Assembly (NCBI GenBank): GCA_028713895.1
Contig: JAQTNH010000001.1
Span: forward strand, 886,610-950,609
DNA length: 64,000 nucleotides
Source of the DNA: Candidatus Nanoarchaeia archaeon
GTDB lineage: Archaea; Nanobdellota; Nanobdellia; CSSed11-243R1
Direction of reading: 5' to 3'
Shown here piece after piece: positions 29,411 through 38,275 of this stretch. Each line of letters begins with the position of its first letter. Positions within the stretch are counted from its first letter, which is position 1. The translations under genes and the position numbers were made by a program. The notes beneath the pieces are model-generated. The model ran no database searches, was not told the DNA's origin, and was given only the letters and a program-made list of their open reading frames with translations.

Positions 29411-30625
29411 ATGGACGATATCCACAATTTGAAATTTAAACTAGAGAAAAGAATACGGCAAATAAAAGAAAATCCCAACATATCGGAGAAAAACAAAGAA
29501 CTGATTGTTCAGTTCTGCTATGAAAAAAGGGCTATAAGTCTATCGGCTGGGCGAATTTGTCAGTATGTTTTTAATTTGCATAAATTTTGCGAATTGTTGG
29601 GAAAGGATTTCGATAAAGCCACTATTGATGATTACAAAAAGGCAGTAGGGGAACTCGAACAACTGGATTGGGAGGAGGCAACAAAACAGGCAGCTAAAAT
29701 AACATTAAAGGTGTTCTTAAGATGGTTATACGGAACCAAAGAAGATCCTCAAATAATACAATGGCTGGAGATCAAAGCAAGAAACAACAATAGAAAGCTA
29801 CCTGAAGACATGTTGACAGAGGAAGATATTAAGCTATTAATTGACAATTCAAAAAGCGTAAGGGACAGGGCGTTTCTTATTACTCTATATGAATCTGGTT
29901 GCAGAATAGGGGAATTATTGCCAATTAAGATAAAAAATGTCCATTTTGATGAATACGGCGCTCAACTACTTGTTGATGGGAAAACGGGAATGCGAAGGGT
30001 CAGGATAATATCCGCAACCCCCTATCTTACTGAGTGGATTAATAAACATCCTTTAAGGCAACCAGAAGCCCCATTATGGATTACATCAAATAAAACCCGG
30101 TGGGCATATACTTCATTGAAAAAAATGCTAAGAGTACTACGTGTAAGATCTGGGCTTAAAAAAAGACTGTATCCCCATATCTTTCGCCATAGCAGGGCGA
30201 CCTATTTGGCAAACCATCTTACAGAGGCTCAATTAAAGGAGATATTTGGCTGGTCACGAAATTCCAACATGGCGGCTACGTATGTGCATTTATCCGGGCG
30301 AGACGTCGATAATGCCCTTCTGAGGACATACGGAATCAAATTGGAGGAAAAGGTTGAACCGAACGAATTAAAACCCAAAGTGTGCCCAAGATGCAATGAG
30401 GTTAATCCTGCAACAAATCAAATTTGTGCAAAATGCAGTATGATTATTGACGAACGAATGAGGAATAAACTTATTGAGGATGAATTCAACCAACGGGAAA
30501 CCGATAAAATTATTGGAAAAATGCTTGAAACGCACCCAGAATTTAAACAAGTATTCATGACTGCGTGGGGGAACGTATTTGAAGAACTATCCAGCAATAA
30601 GAAAAATAATACTAAAATCAATTAA
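29411..30625 (+). CDS. tyrosine recombinase/integrase with C-terminal zinc ribbon
   Basis: SGCRIGELL (Arg I), HIFRHSRATYL (HxxR), WSRNS..AATYVHLS (Tyr), CPRCN...CAKC. Confidence 0.85.
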   Translation: MDDIHNLKFKLEKRIRQIKENPNISEKNKELIVQFCYEKRAISLSAGRICQYVFNLHKFCELLGKDFDKATIDDYKKAVGELEQLDWEEATKQAAKITLKVFLRWLYGTKEDPQIIQWLEIKARNNNRKLPEDMLTEEDIKLLIDNSKSVRDRAFLITLYESGCRIGELLPIKIKNVHFDEYGAQLLVDGKTGMRRVRIISATPYLTEWINKHPLRQPEAPLWITSNKTRWAYTSLKKMLRVLRVRSGLKKRLYPHIFRHSRATYLANHLTEAQLKEIFGWSRNSNMAATYVHLSGRDVDNALLRTYGIKLEEKVEPNELKPKVCPRCNEVNPATNQICAKCSMIIDERMRNKLIEDEFNQRETDKIIGKMLETHPEFKQVFMTAWGNVFEELSSNKKNNTKIN

Positions 30626-30756
30626 ATTCTTGGGTTCTGATATTCTTTTTTTCTTTATTCCTTTATTCTCTTCTCCTTCCTTTATTTGATCCTTTATCTA
30701 ATGGAGAATTGATTATGCGTCGGGGTCGTCCTTTTCGACACCAGTTTAATCAACTA

Positions 30757-30776
30757 GGGCAGCCCGCAGGCTGCCC
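30757..30776. terminator. GC-rich 8-bp hairpin GGGCAGCC-CGCA-GGCTGCCC followed by ATTTATT
   Basis: Read directly; about 130 nt downstream of the integrase stop. Confidence 0.3.
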
Positions 30777-31022
30777 ATTTATTAAAATTCTTATTAATAT
30801 TCGTCTTATCTACTATCCTTTTATTAAGATTCCTTTTAGAATCGTATTACTGCTTCTTTTGTCCCTTTATTCCTTTCTTTTGCCTGCTCTTGCTTTCGAA
30901 TAAGATTTTATTTTTTATATGATAATGCCTTTACTTTGGTGCGTGCCCTTATCCCGGATTCTTTAGTATCCTATTGCATTGCTCCCTTCTTTTTTCATTG
31001 TAATTATCATATTCCTATTTTA

Positions 31023-31220
31023 CCTTGTGTAATCCACTTTGTCCTCTGCTGCTATGTGTTCCTTGAAATCCTCTTTAACCGCCTTGTATCCCCCTTTGAT
31101 TCTGGTTATTTTGTATTTCTGCTCGTTTTGGAACTTCCCTGCCTGCGCTACAGAGTTTATCAGCGCCCTCTCTATAGTTTCGCCTCTATCTCTATATCCG
31201 TGTTTTGCTCTTTTTTGTAT
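31023..31220 (-). pseudogene. start-less 66-codon open frame, possible gene remnant
   Basis: My translation: IQKRAKHGYRDRGETIERALINSVAQAGKFQNEQKYKITRIKGGYKAVKEDFKEHIAAEDKVDYTR; protein-like composition but no usable ATG/GTG/TTG start. Confidence 0.25.
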
Positions 31221-31448
31221 TTATAACACCCCTTGGTGTTTATTCTTCCTGCTATTATTCGCGTCTGATATTCTATTTTTTTTATCACCTTTTTATGACT
31301 TGGAACAAGTCTTTATTCACGTTCGTGGTTCCCCTTGGGGTTAGGGGGCATCTGCCTTCATATGACTGGACTCGTTGTCCTGTCCAAGCATTCTCGCAGA
31401 CTATACGCTTTCTCGGTGGACGTTATATTTTCTATATGTTCTCCCCAC

Positions 31449-31478
31449 CGAATAGCCTATGTCAAGGGGATGCCTAAA
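31449..31478 (+). repeat. left copy of a ~30-nt direct repeat
   Basis: CGAATAGCCTATGTCAAGGGGATGCCTAAA; 27 of 31 aligned columns match 42603..42633. Confidence 0.7.
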
Positions 31479-32418
31479 CGTCCTGCGCTCCACCCTGTTG
31501 GTTTGTCTGTTTGTATGTCTTACCTATATTTGATAAAACCGTGTCTCGTTGTTTCCAGCCTAATTTGTCCAAGTTTTCTGCGACGTCTACTATTGGTATC
31601 GTGTTATCTTTTACAAAGTCTCTAAGTAATTTGGACATATTTATCAAGACATCCTCAAATATTATGTTGAACTTTTCATTGCCTAATATCTGCTCTAACT
31701 TCTCATATTCGTTTGCACCCTCATAATACCCCATCGCTCTTGTAAAAATTGAATTAAACTCCCCAAGTGCAATATAAAATTTTTTAGAACCGTTAGTAAA
31801 ATCCATTTCTTCACAATTTTGGCATTCTTGAATTAATTTGTCCATTTCTTTAGAAATATTAAACCGACCTACCATTGACTCGTTTTTAATCTGTCTGTGT
31901 ATACTCTCCTCAATTCGGCATGCATCGTATTCTGAAACCAAATCATTTAAATTGTCTATTTTTTCCATCTGTATGTCTGTTAAATTCATTGGGGTGTTAT
32001 TATCAAAATAGACATTCCAATAAACGTGTATTACTTCGTGACAAAACGAGGCAATCATATCATTTTGATTAATATTACTGTTTACAGGGATTGTTTTCTG
32101 ATTCGTGGTGAAACAATCTTTTAAAAAAATCCCTGCGATCGGATACAGGACAATGGCGTATTTAGTATTATCATTTCTTGATCTGAACGTTTTTCCGCAT
32201 GTTTTTAGATATGTGAATTCGTTTTCCCATAGCCATCTTTGATATTCATCCTCAACCATTCGTGTTGAAAGTGCTGTTTTAACATCAGTTGTGAAAACAA
32301 CTTCTGCAAGCCTATCGTGATACTCTGTCAGAATTTTGTCTACGAATGTATTGAGGGATTTCTCAAAGTCCTTAATATTGTTGATATGAACTCCTTTTTC
32401 GTAAGTATAGACGACCAT
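31474..32418 (-). CDS. HExxH-motif protein (putative metallopeptidase)
   Basis: Single HEVIH motif (SFCHEVIHVYW); otherwise unrecognised. Confidence 0.45.
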   Translation of the reverse strand: MVVYTYEKGVHINNIKDFEKSLNTFVDKILTEYHDRLAEVVFTTDVKTALSTRMVEDEYQRWLWENEFTYLKTCGKTFRSRNDNTKYAIVLYPIAGIFLKDCFTTNQKTIPVNSNINQNDMIASFCHEVIHVYWNVYFDNNTPMNLTDIQMEKIDNLNDLVSEYDACRIEESIHRQIKNESMVGRFNISKEMDKLIQECQNCEEMDFTNGSKKFYIALGEFNSIFTRAMGYYEGANEYEKLEQILGNEKFNIIFEDVLINMSKLLRDFVKDNTIPIVDVAENLDKLGWKQRDTVLSNIGKTYKQTNQQGGAQDV

Positions 32419-32464
32419 ATTACACTCCGTTTTTCAAATCGGTTTTTTTATATACGGTTTGAGT

Positions 32465-32953
32465 TCAATAGTCGATGGTTCCCGCCCAGATTACTTTGGT
32501 TCCCATCCATCCCAATGGATCTTTGATGAATTTTACATTCGCGTAGGTTATACCATCTTTAACTGGCTTAAACGGCCAATCCATTGGACGTGTGTCATCG
32601 GATTTTTTAATATATTTTAAATAATGATCATTGAGGTCTAAAATAAATTTATCAAGATACCTAGAGACCATTTTATCTTTTAGTTCCTGCTTGTAATACC
32701 AATCATTAATTCTGATTTCCACTCTCCGATCCATTTTCAATAAATTCACTCTTTCAATAATCTCCCTTTCAAGTGGTTCCAAATCTATAGATGGAGTTCC
32801 ATCTTCAAGATATACCTCAAGTCTGACTAATGTCCCATCTTTACCTGTATCAATGCCTGCAGACATCACATCTCGAAGAGACAATTGAGCAACAACAGTG
32901 CTATCGTTTATCTTCAATAAGTGACCACGTTTTATTAGAACCGGCTTATTCAT
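32465..32953 (-). CDS. hypothetical protein
   Basis: 162-aa ORF. Confidence 0.5.
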   Translation of the reverse strand: MNKPVLIKRGHLLKINDSTVVAQLSLRDVMSAGIDTGKDGTLVRLEVYLEDGTPSIDLEPLEREIIERVNLLKMDRRVEIRINDWYYKQELKDKMVSRYLDKFILDLNDHYLKYIKKSDDTRPMDWPFKPVKDGITYANVKFIKDPLGWMGTKVIWAGTIDY

Positions 32954-33089
32954 TTAGAACACCAATTTATACTATATAGAAGTATAAGTATTTATAACTT
33001 TTTCCAAATTATAGTATTAAGTTGTTATTGGCATAATTAGAAATGGGATGGGATATTTGCTAAGAATATATGGGCCGTTATGCATTCTT

Positions 33090-34535
33090 TCAAGAATCTG
33101 TTTTCGGCTGCTGGTCCTTTTTGTCTTGAACTATCTTTTCACAAGATTCCGGGCATTCTCCACAGAATTTCGGTCTAGCCCAATCCAAACATGGATCAAG
33201 GTCTTTGATATTGTTAGTTTCAGAGGCCGTTTTTAACTTATCAATTGCACTCTTTATTAACCGCTTTCCTGCTTTAAGATTTTCAGAATCGATTTTTAGA
33301 ATATTAACGGATATTGCCTCCCCTGCGTTTGGATATAACGTTACCAATGCCCCAGTCTCGGAGTTGGTTGCAATGCATGTACAAAGCATCTGTGCTTTAT
33401 ACGCAGAATTAATATATCGTGGCACATCTTTTTTATTACTAACTCTTAACATGACGGGCACAATTTTTCGGGGATTCTCAGATCGGGAATCAAGTATTGC
33501 AGCCCACTGCCACGTTTTAAACATTGGTAAATCGAACTTCATATTTTTAATTTGGTCAATGTCTGATGTCGTTAGGGCAAGTTGATCTGACCTACCTATG
33601 GATTTTTGCATAGCGTCAAGATATGCCAGTTCTGTTGGATCCCGAGAATATTCATCCGCGATTCCATGATTTTTATCCAATATCCAGGCACGGGGCTTGA
33701 ATAAATCAAATGGTCTGAATAGAATATTGTCCGTTGTTTTATTTTTCTCCCGAAGAGTGTTCAATTCCGCTTCTTTATCCGTATCTCTTACAAGGTTAAT
33801 GGAGCTTCTGAGTACTGCTGTTGAAATGTCCTCCACAGCTCCGCAACTGCAAACTCCAGCGTCTTTAAAATCGCACCCAGGTGTAAAATATCTGCATTTT
33901 CCCAATTTGTCTGGATTGGACGTCTTTATGGCTTCATCCAAAGCCCTCTTGCGCTGTTTCAATAAATTTGTTATTTTACCAAAATCTGTTATTTCTATTT
34001 TAAAAACGGTAATCGGGAATGGGGCTTTCGTTTCCTGAAATATTAGATAGTGTATGTTATGTTTGAAAGGATGCATAACTGCGTAGAAGCATATCTGCTC
34101 GAGGTCCTGGGGGTATTTTGTAAATACTGTCTCTGGATCCATGACTCTTTCGTCTTTTGTTTTAAATTCGATTATGGAATTACCGAATCGTATATCGTAT
34201 TTTGCAATCACACCGGGTATTCCAGTATATATTCCGTCTAATGTGGTCTCTTCATCAACATAATCCGGGTGTTTTCTCAACCAAAAATAGGCGATATTCT
34301 GGAGTTTGTTGCCAAGGGATAATTTGTTTGCTATTTTTTGACTGCGCTTAATCTCTTTCCTCTTTCGCGTCCAGTAAGCCTGTGCAGGATTCACTATGTC
34401 TGTAAGATAATAATAATCCGATGGTCTTTGATCGACTAAGTATCGCTTTCTGTATGCTGCGGATAGAATGCCTGATACGGTCCCATCTGAGGAGACGCTA
34501 GCTTTTAATGAAATGATATCTTCGTACAATCCCAT
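33090..34535 (-). CDS. Cas4/RecB-like PD-(D/E)xK nuclease with cysteine clusters
   Basis: YDIRFGNSIIEFKTK (D..ExK), LEQICFYAV (QxxxY), CRYFTPGCDFKDAGVCSC and C-terminal CLDW..CGECPESC. Confidence 0.55.
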   Translation of the reverse strand: MGLYEDIISLKASVSSDGTVSGILSAAYRKRYLVDQRPSDYYYLTDIVNPAQAYWTRKRKEIKRSQKIANKLSLGNKLQNIAYFWLRKHPDYVDEETTLDGIYTGIPGVIAKYDIRFGNSIIEFKTKDERVMDPETVFTKYPQDLEQICFYAVMHPFKHNIHYLIFQETKAPFPITVFKIEITDFGKITNLLKQRKRALDEAIKTSNPDKLGKCRYFTPGCDFKDAGVCSCGAVEDISTAVLRSSINLVRDTDKEAELNTLREKNKTTDNILFRPFDLFKPRAWILDKNHGIADEYSRDPTELAYLDAMQKSIGRSDQLALTTSDIDQIKNMKFDLPMFKTWQWAAILDSRSENPRKIVPVMLRVSNKKDVPRYINSAYKAQMLCTCIATNSETGALVTLYPNAGEAISVNILKIDSENLKAGKRLIKSAIDKLKTASETNNIKDLDPCLDWARPKFCGECPESCEKIVQDKKDQQPKTDS

Positions 34536-34645
34536 GTTTTCACCACTTTATCGTATCAATGAAACCCATTGTGTCGGATATATAAGGATATGTAAACTCT
34601 TTCTGAATAACACGTTTTTATGGTGTTGCCGAACATCGAATATTT

Positions 34646-34795
34646 TTATTTCTTCCCCCGTGAACTCTTGTAGGCAGGATTGTTCGGGTTCCCCTGATTC
34701 GATTTGTTGTCCATCGTAGCCTTGTTCTCTGTGCTCGGCGGATTGTGCACATCAGACTTTTGATCGTTGCTGTTTCGTTTTTTCTCTTCGGGCAT
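34646..34795 (-). CDS. 49-aa hydrophilic low-complexity miniprotein (below the track cut-off)
   Basis: My translation: MPEEKKRNSNDQKSDVHNPPSTENKATMDNKSNQGNPNNPAYKSSRGKK. Confidence 0.25.
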   Translation of the reverse strand: MPEEKKRNSNDQKSDVHNPPSTENKATMDNKSNQGNPNNPAYKSSRGKK

Positions 34796-34889
34796 TTGAT
34801 TCACCTTTTCTATAATTTGTAAGTAGTGTGATAGAAGAGAGCGTTCTCTTCAGTATATATTAATTATGGTTACACCGTTTGTAAAGACT

Positions 34890-34918
34890 GATTTATTTAC
34901 TATATTGAAGATAAATCG
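34890..34918 (-). promoter_or_regulatory. degenerate fourth copy of the island motif
   Basis: GATTTATTTACTATATTGAAGATAAATCG versus GATTTATCTTCCATATTGAAGAAAAATC. Confidence 0.35.
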
Positions 34919-34927
34919 TAAACCTAT

Positions 34928-36175
34928 TTATTTTAACTCTTTTAAGATTTTTTTGTCATAACCCACTAGCTTGAACCAGTCTAATTGTTTGGTGTATACA
35001 TCATCTTTTTGTAAGAGCCATTCTGAAAATTCTGAATAATTCTTGAATTGTTTATCATGTATTACTTTGATTAATTCTAAAAAGAATTGAGTACCCCAAT
35101 AAATAATACTATCACTTTCGTTTTTTATTAGGACCAAATCGGTTTCTGGCCAGTCGTATTCATCACATTCGTGAGTGAATCTGTTTCTAACATCATACAA
35201 ATCATGGAATTTTGATGGCTCTGGGAATCCCCTTGAAATTCTTGAAAAGAAAAGGCATAGCCTGAACATAATCTTATATTTTTTAGGAGATTTTTCTTTC
35301 CTGGTCAATACTGCTTCTAATGCCATAAAAGTTTTAATAAGTTTCATCATTACATCAGATTCGTATTTTGCTTCCGCTAATAATTTTAAACCTGCAATTG
35401 TACATTTTACGAGTTCGTTCTCATTATTCAATAATAGTGAGCTCCACTTTTCCATATACGAAATATCGTCTTCTTCAGGGATTGAATTATCCCATCCAAT
35501 ATCATCAATCCTGGACCATTCACACCTATGTGTATTTGGTAAATGGTAGAAGATAATTTCGTCTGGAATGATTTTATTATGTCTTGTGTGCCGGGGTAAT
35601 AATGTTAATAAAGAAATAAATGCAAAACATTTACTTTTACCCCGTTGTAATGCTTTCCAAAATGAATTCGCTTTTACACGGGTGATTAAAACAACACGTC
35701 CGATATATTCTTTATATAGTCCCCACGGAGTATCTGATGCCCATTCGTTATATAACTCTTCATCAAGATGTTTTATTTGAAATTCCCCAATAGTAAGATT
35801 TTTCATTAAATCAAGGTTCTTTAAGGGCATGAGAATTTCTGTTTCTTTATCCTCTTCTGAAATCCCATCAAGCCATTTCGCAATCTCCTCAGTGGTTTTA
35901 GGTAAATCAGAGTACTTATCTTGGTTTGTGATAAAATCAAAAACAAATTCCCAAAGATGGTCTTCCAACTTACTTTTTTCTATATAATTGGTTTTATCAT
36001 AATGCAATAACAAATAAATTATTTCAGAAAATTTATCTGCTGTTTTTCCTAATAGGGTTCCTATTCCTGCCCTATATCGAAGTGATTTATGCACCTTGTT
36101 TTCTTTATCTGAACTTTTCAACAACGTCACGAATTCTTTCATTCGACTGATAATTTCATCTTTAGTTGAGATCAT
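34928..36175 (-). CDS. HEPN-motif protein (putative RNase)
   Basis: LYDVRNRFTHE = Rx4H with RN dipeptide (codons 35188..35171) inside a helical C-terminal domain. Confidence 0.5.
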   Translation of the reverse strand: MISTKDEIISRMKEFVTLLKSSDKENKVHKSLRYRAGIGTLLGKTADKFSEIIYLLLHYDKTNYIEKSKLEDHLWEFVFDFITNQDKYSDLPKTTEEIAKWLDGISEEDKETEILMPLKNLDLMKNLTIGEFQIKHLDEELYNEWASDTPWGLYKEYIGRVVLITRVKANSFWKALQRGKSKCFAFISLLTLLPRHTRHNKIIPDEIIFYHLPNTHRCEWSRIDDIGWDNSIPEEDDISYMEKWSSLLLNNENELVKCTIAGLKLLAEAKYESDVMMKLIKTFMALEAVLTRKEKSPKKYKIMFRLCLFFSRISRGFPEPSKFHDLYDVRNRFTHECDEYDWPETDLVLIKNESDSIIYWGTQFFLELIKVIHDKQFKNYSEFSEWLLQKDDVYTKQLDWFKLVGYDKKILKELK

Positions 36176-36207
36176 AAGAGAATGAATGAAAACTGTTCTA
36201 TTAAACT

Positions 36208-36762
36208 TTACGCATGATTATCTCCAGTCCCAGGCTCAAATCCCATCCACTCAAAGAAATGCCCGTGCTTGCACACCCAATGCTTCCATGTGTTCTTCTG
36301 TATCAGCCCTATGTCGCTTGTCCTGCATTTGGGGCAGACAAAGAACGATTTTCCGTATAACTTCTGCTTCTGCCACTGGTCCTGGGAAAGTTCTATGTGT
36401 TGAATAGGGAAATTACCTTTTTTATATTCCTCATACCCGCGCTCCAGGAAGCAGACCGGTGGAAGGCTGCCAAACGGCTGCATTGCCTTGAAAATGTGCC
36501 CTGCACCTGTATACCTTGCCGGGTCTGCCAATGCCACTGTGCCCTCGATAAATATGCCTGTTTTGAACTGCCTAGAACTCGCCTGGTTGGTGGCTAGGCA
36601 TTTTGAGCATTCCACCTTGAAATGCGTTTCAGAAGATTGGAATTCTGCAAACCAGATCAGGTTGTCACATTGCGTGCACCTGCCCCAGTAATTGCCCTGG
36701 AAATAGACTAACTTGTCCTCTGAAAAAGAGCCGAGTATCCTGGATTTTGTATCTGATCTCAT
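36208..36762 (-). CDS. zinc-ribbon protein
   Basis: CTQCD...CSKC and CPKC...CKHGH. Confidence 0.5.
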   Translation of the reverse strand: MRSDTKSRILGSFSEDKLVYFQGNYWGRCTQCDNLIWFAEFQSSETHFKVECSKCLATNQASSRQFKTGIFIEGTVALADPARYTGAGHIFKAMQPFGSLPPVCFLERGYEEYKKGNFPIQHIELSQDQWQKQKLYGKSFFVCPKCRTSDIGLIQKNTWKHWVCKHGHFFEWMGFEPGTGDNHA

Positions 36763-36852
36763 TAATCCACTTAGAACGAAAGGGTAGGAGATTATTTAAT
36801 AATTGTTGTTTAAAACCTCACTCGCGATTTTCGACAAACGTCTGGTTGCCAA

Positions 36853-37629
36853 TCATCTTTGCCCCCGAATTGCTGCCTGAATGTGTTTTGGCAACTCCTG
36901 TTGTAATATTTCATATCCATCAGAGTTGTCTTCGTATTCTATATGTCTTAAAACTTTAATGTCAAATGGAACATCCGCCTCTTTTTGTGTGATAATAATT
37001 ACTTCCTTTCCAAGTGTATGAGCGATTCCCAATTCATAAAATACATTCGGATTTCGCCCAGTAACATCTGCAATTATTATTTTTGCACCATTAATGGACT
37101 TCCAGATATCTTCGATTATTTTTTCTCCATAAAGATCATCAGCTCGTTTACATTCAAGACCGCACTGTTTAACGATTGGACATATGTGTTTTGACCATAT
37201 TCTTTCGGACCAGGGTTCACTAAATGGCATTAAAACAAAGCATAGTTTCTCTTGTAACGTAACATCTTTCGAAGAAAAGACCTTTGGATTGATCTGCATA
37301 GTTTCACTTCCTTCTTCAGTGGTATCTTTACTTACTTCTTTAACTTTATTTTTGATGTTCCATGGGAATGGTTTACCACATTTATGGCAAAAACCGGGAG
37401 CTTTGGTCATTGGTCCAACGCCAATGATACCTGGATAATATATTGAACCTGGGATATCAGCACTACAGTTTAGGCATTTAACAATGGTTTTTTGTCCACA
37501 TTTATCGCAATAATCTTTATTTTTTTCTGGACTTTCTTTGTATTCATCATTAATGACATGTCCATAAAGACATACCTGCATGATATCTTGCCGAGGTTTT
37601 TCATCTTCGTCGTCATCAATCGGAAACAT
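36853..37629 (-). CDS. DUF2321-type zinc ribbon fused to a nucleoside 2-deoxyribosyltransferase-like/TIR-like Rossmannoid domain
   Basis: N-terminal CLYGH..CDKCG..CLNC..CHKCGKPFPW; C-terminal CFVLMPF...IIIADVTGRNPNVFYELGIAHTLGKEVIIIT. Confidence 0.55.
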   Translation of the reverse strand: MFPIDDDEDEKPRQDIMQVCLYGHVINDEYKESPEKNKDYCDKCGQKTIVKCLNCSADIPGSIYYPGIIGVGPMTKAPGFCHKCGKPFPWNIKNKVKEVSKDTTEEGSETMQINPKVFSSKDVTLQEKLCFVLMPFSEPWSERIWSKHICPIVKQCGLECKRADDLYGEKIIEDIWKSINGAKIIIADVTGRNPNVFYELGIAHTLGKEVIIITQKEADVPFDIKVLRHIEYEDNSDGYEILQQELPKHIQAAIRGQR

Positions 37630-37680
37630 GTGTATTCTCCAGAGGATTATTGGGGTATTATTATATTAAGGTTATGAAAG

Positions 37681-37710
37681 TCGATTTATCTTCCATATTG
37701 AATAAAAATC
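37681..37710 (-). promoter_or_regulatory. island motif copy 1
   Basis: TCGATTTATCTTCCATATTGAATAAAAATC; 51 nt upstream of the start at 37629. Confidence 0.6.
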
Positions 37711-37764
37711 CAGTGTATCTTCTGTTTACCGTAATACCACTTACGATGACACATAGAATGCCAT

Positions 37765-37893
37765 TTATACTTCAGATATTTTTTTCAGAAACAAGTATTC
37801 ATCAAAACTTCTTAACTTGAGAATATCCCCAGGCTTAAGTCCCATACTATCCAACATCGCCTTTGAAAGAGTGGTTTCTCCGCGCTTTCCCAT
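37765..37893 (-). CDS. 42-aa AbrB/SpoVT-fold miniprotein (below the track cut-off)
   Basis: My translation: MGKRGETTLSKAMLDSMGLKPGDILKLRSFDEYLFLKKISEV; swapped-hairpin signature ..GLKPGD.L. Confidence 0.45.
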   Translation of the reverse strand: MGKRGETTLSKAMLDSMGLKPGDILKLRSFDEYLFLKKISEV

Positions 37894-37930
37894 TTTTACG
37901 TATTCCGCTTTTATTTCCGTGAGATCATCA

Positions 37931-38206
37931 TTAGACGCAAATTGGTATCTTCTTCTGTATCCTTTGCGGCAGGAACATCAGGCTCATAGAAGAAAGGCTG
38001 GCCCTCAGGGCTCGCTTTAGGTTTAATACCTCGATTCCGACGAGCTCATGGTTCTTGTCATAGTCCAAAACAAGGTCAATATCCCTGGTTTTGTCCTTTT
38101 CTGTGCGTTCTACTTTTTTGTCCGAGAATTTATAGTATAATGCATTTGCCTCTAAATCCCAATCAATGCTTATCTTACCATATGGTTCCATTTTGTTTTT
38201 TTCCAT
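37931..38206 (-). CDS. DUF2283-family protein
   Basis: ISIDWDLEANALYYKF...DYDKNHELVGIEVLN matches the YD.e.DaLyi...G.vvGIEIL pattern. Confidence 0.6.
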   Translation of the reverse strand: MEKNKMEPYGKISIDWDLEANALYYKFSDKKVERTEKDKTRDIDLVLDYDKNHELVGIEVLNLKRALRASLSSMSLMFLPQRIQKKIPICV

Positions 38207-38275
38207 CTTTTACACCCTAAAAATAAACTGTTTTGATAATATAAGTATTTCCTTTAAATACCGCTTATAAAAATA

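Noticed and set aside
29235-30947. TACTT(T)GGTGCG on both sides of the integrase gene (29235 and 30932), the left one inside a 7-bp hairpin TTGGTGC-GAG-GCACCAA
   Set aside because: There are only 11-12 matching nt with an indel, which is within chance expectation for 64 kb. It is not enough to call att or arm sites.
30709-31625. Four overlapping plus-strand ORFs (64-101 aa) in the pyrimidine-rich tract
   Set aside because: The translations are F/L/S/C/P low-complexity strings, as expected from translating T/C-rich DNA. There is no start context or motif, so I treated the tract as non-coding or decayed.
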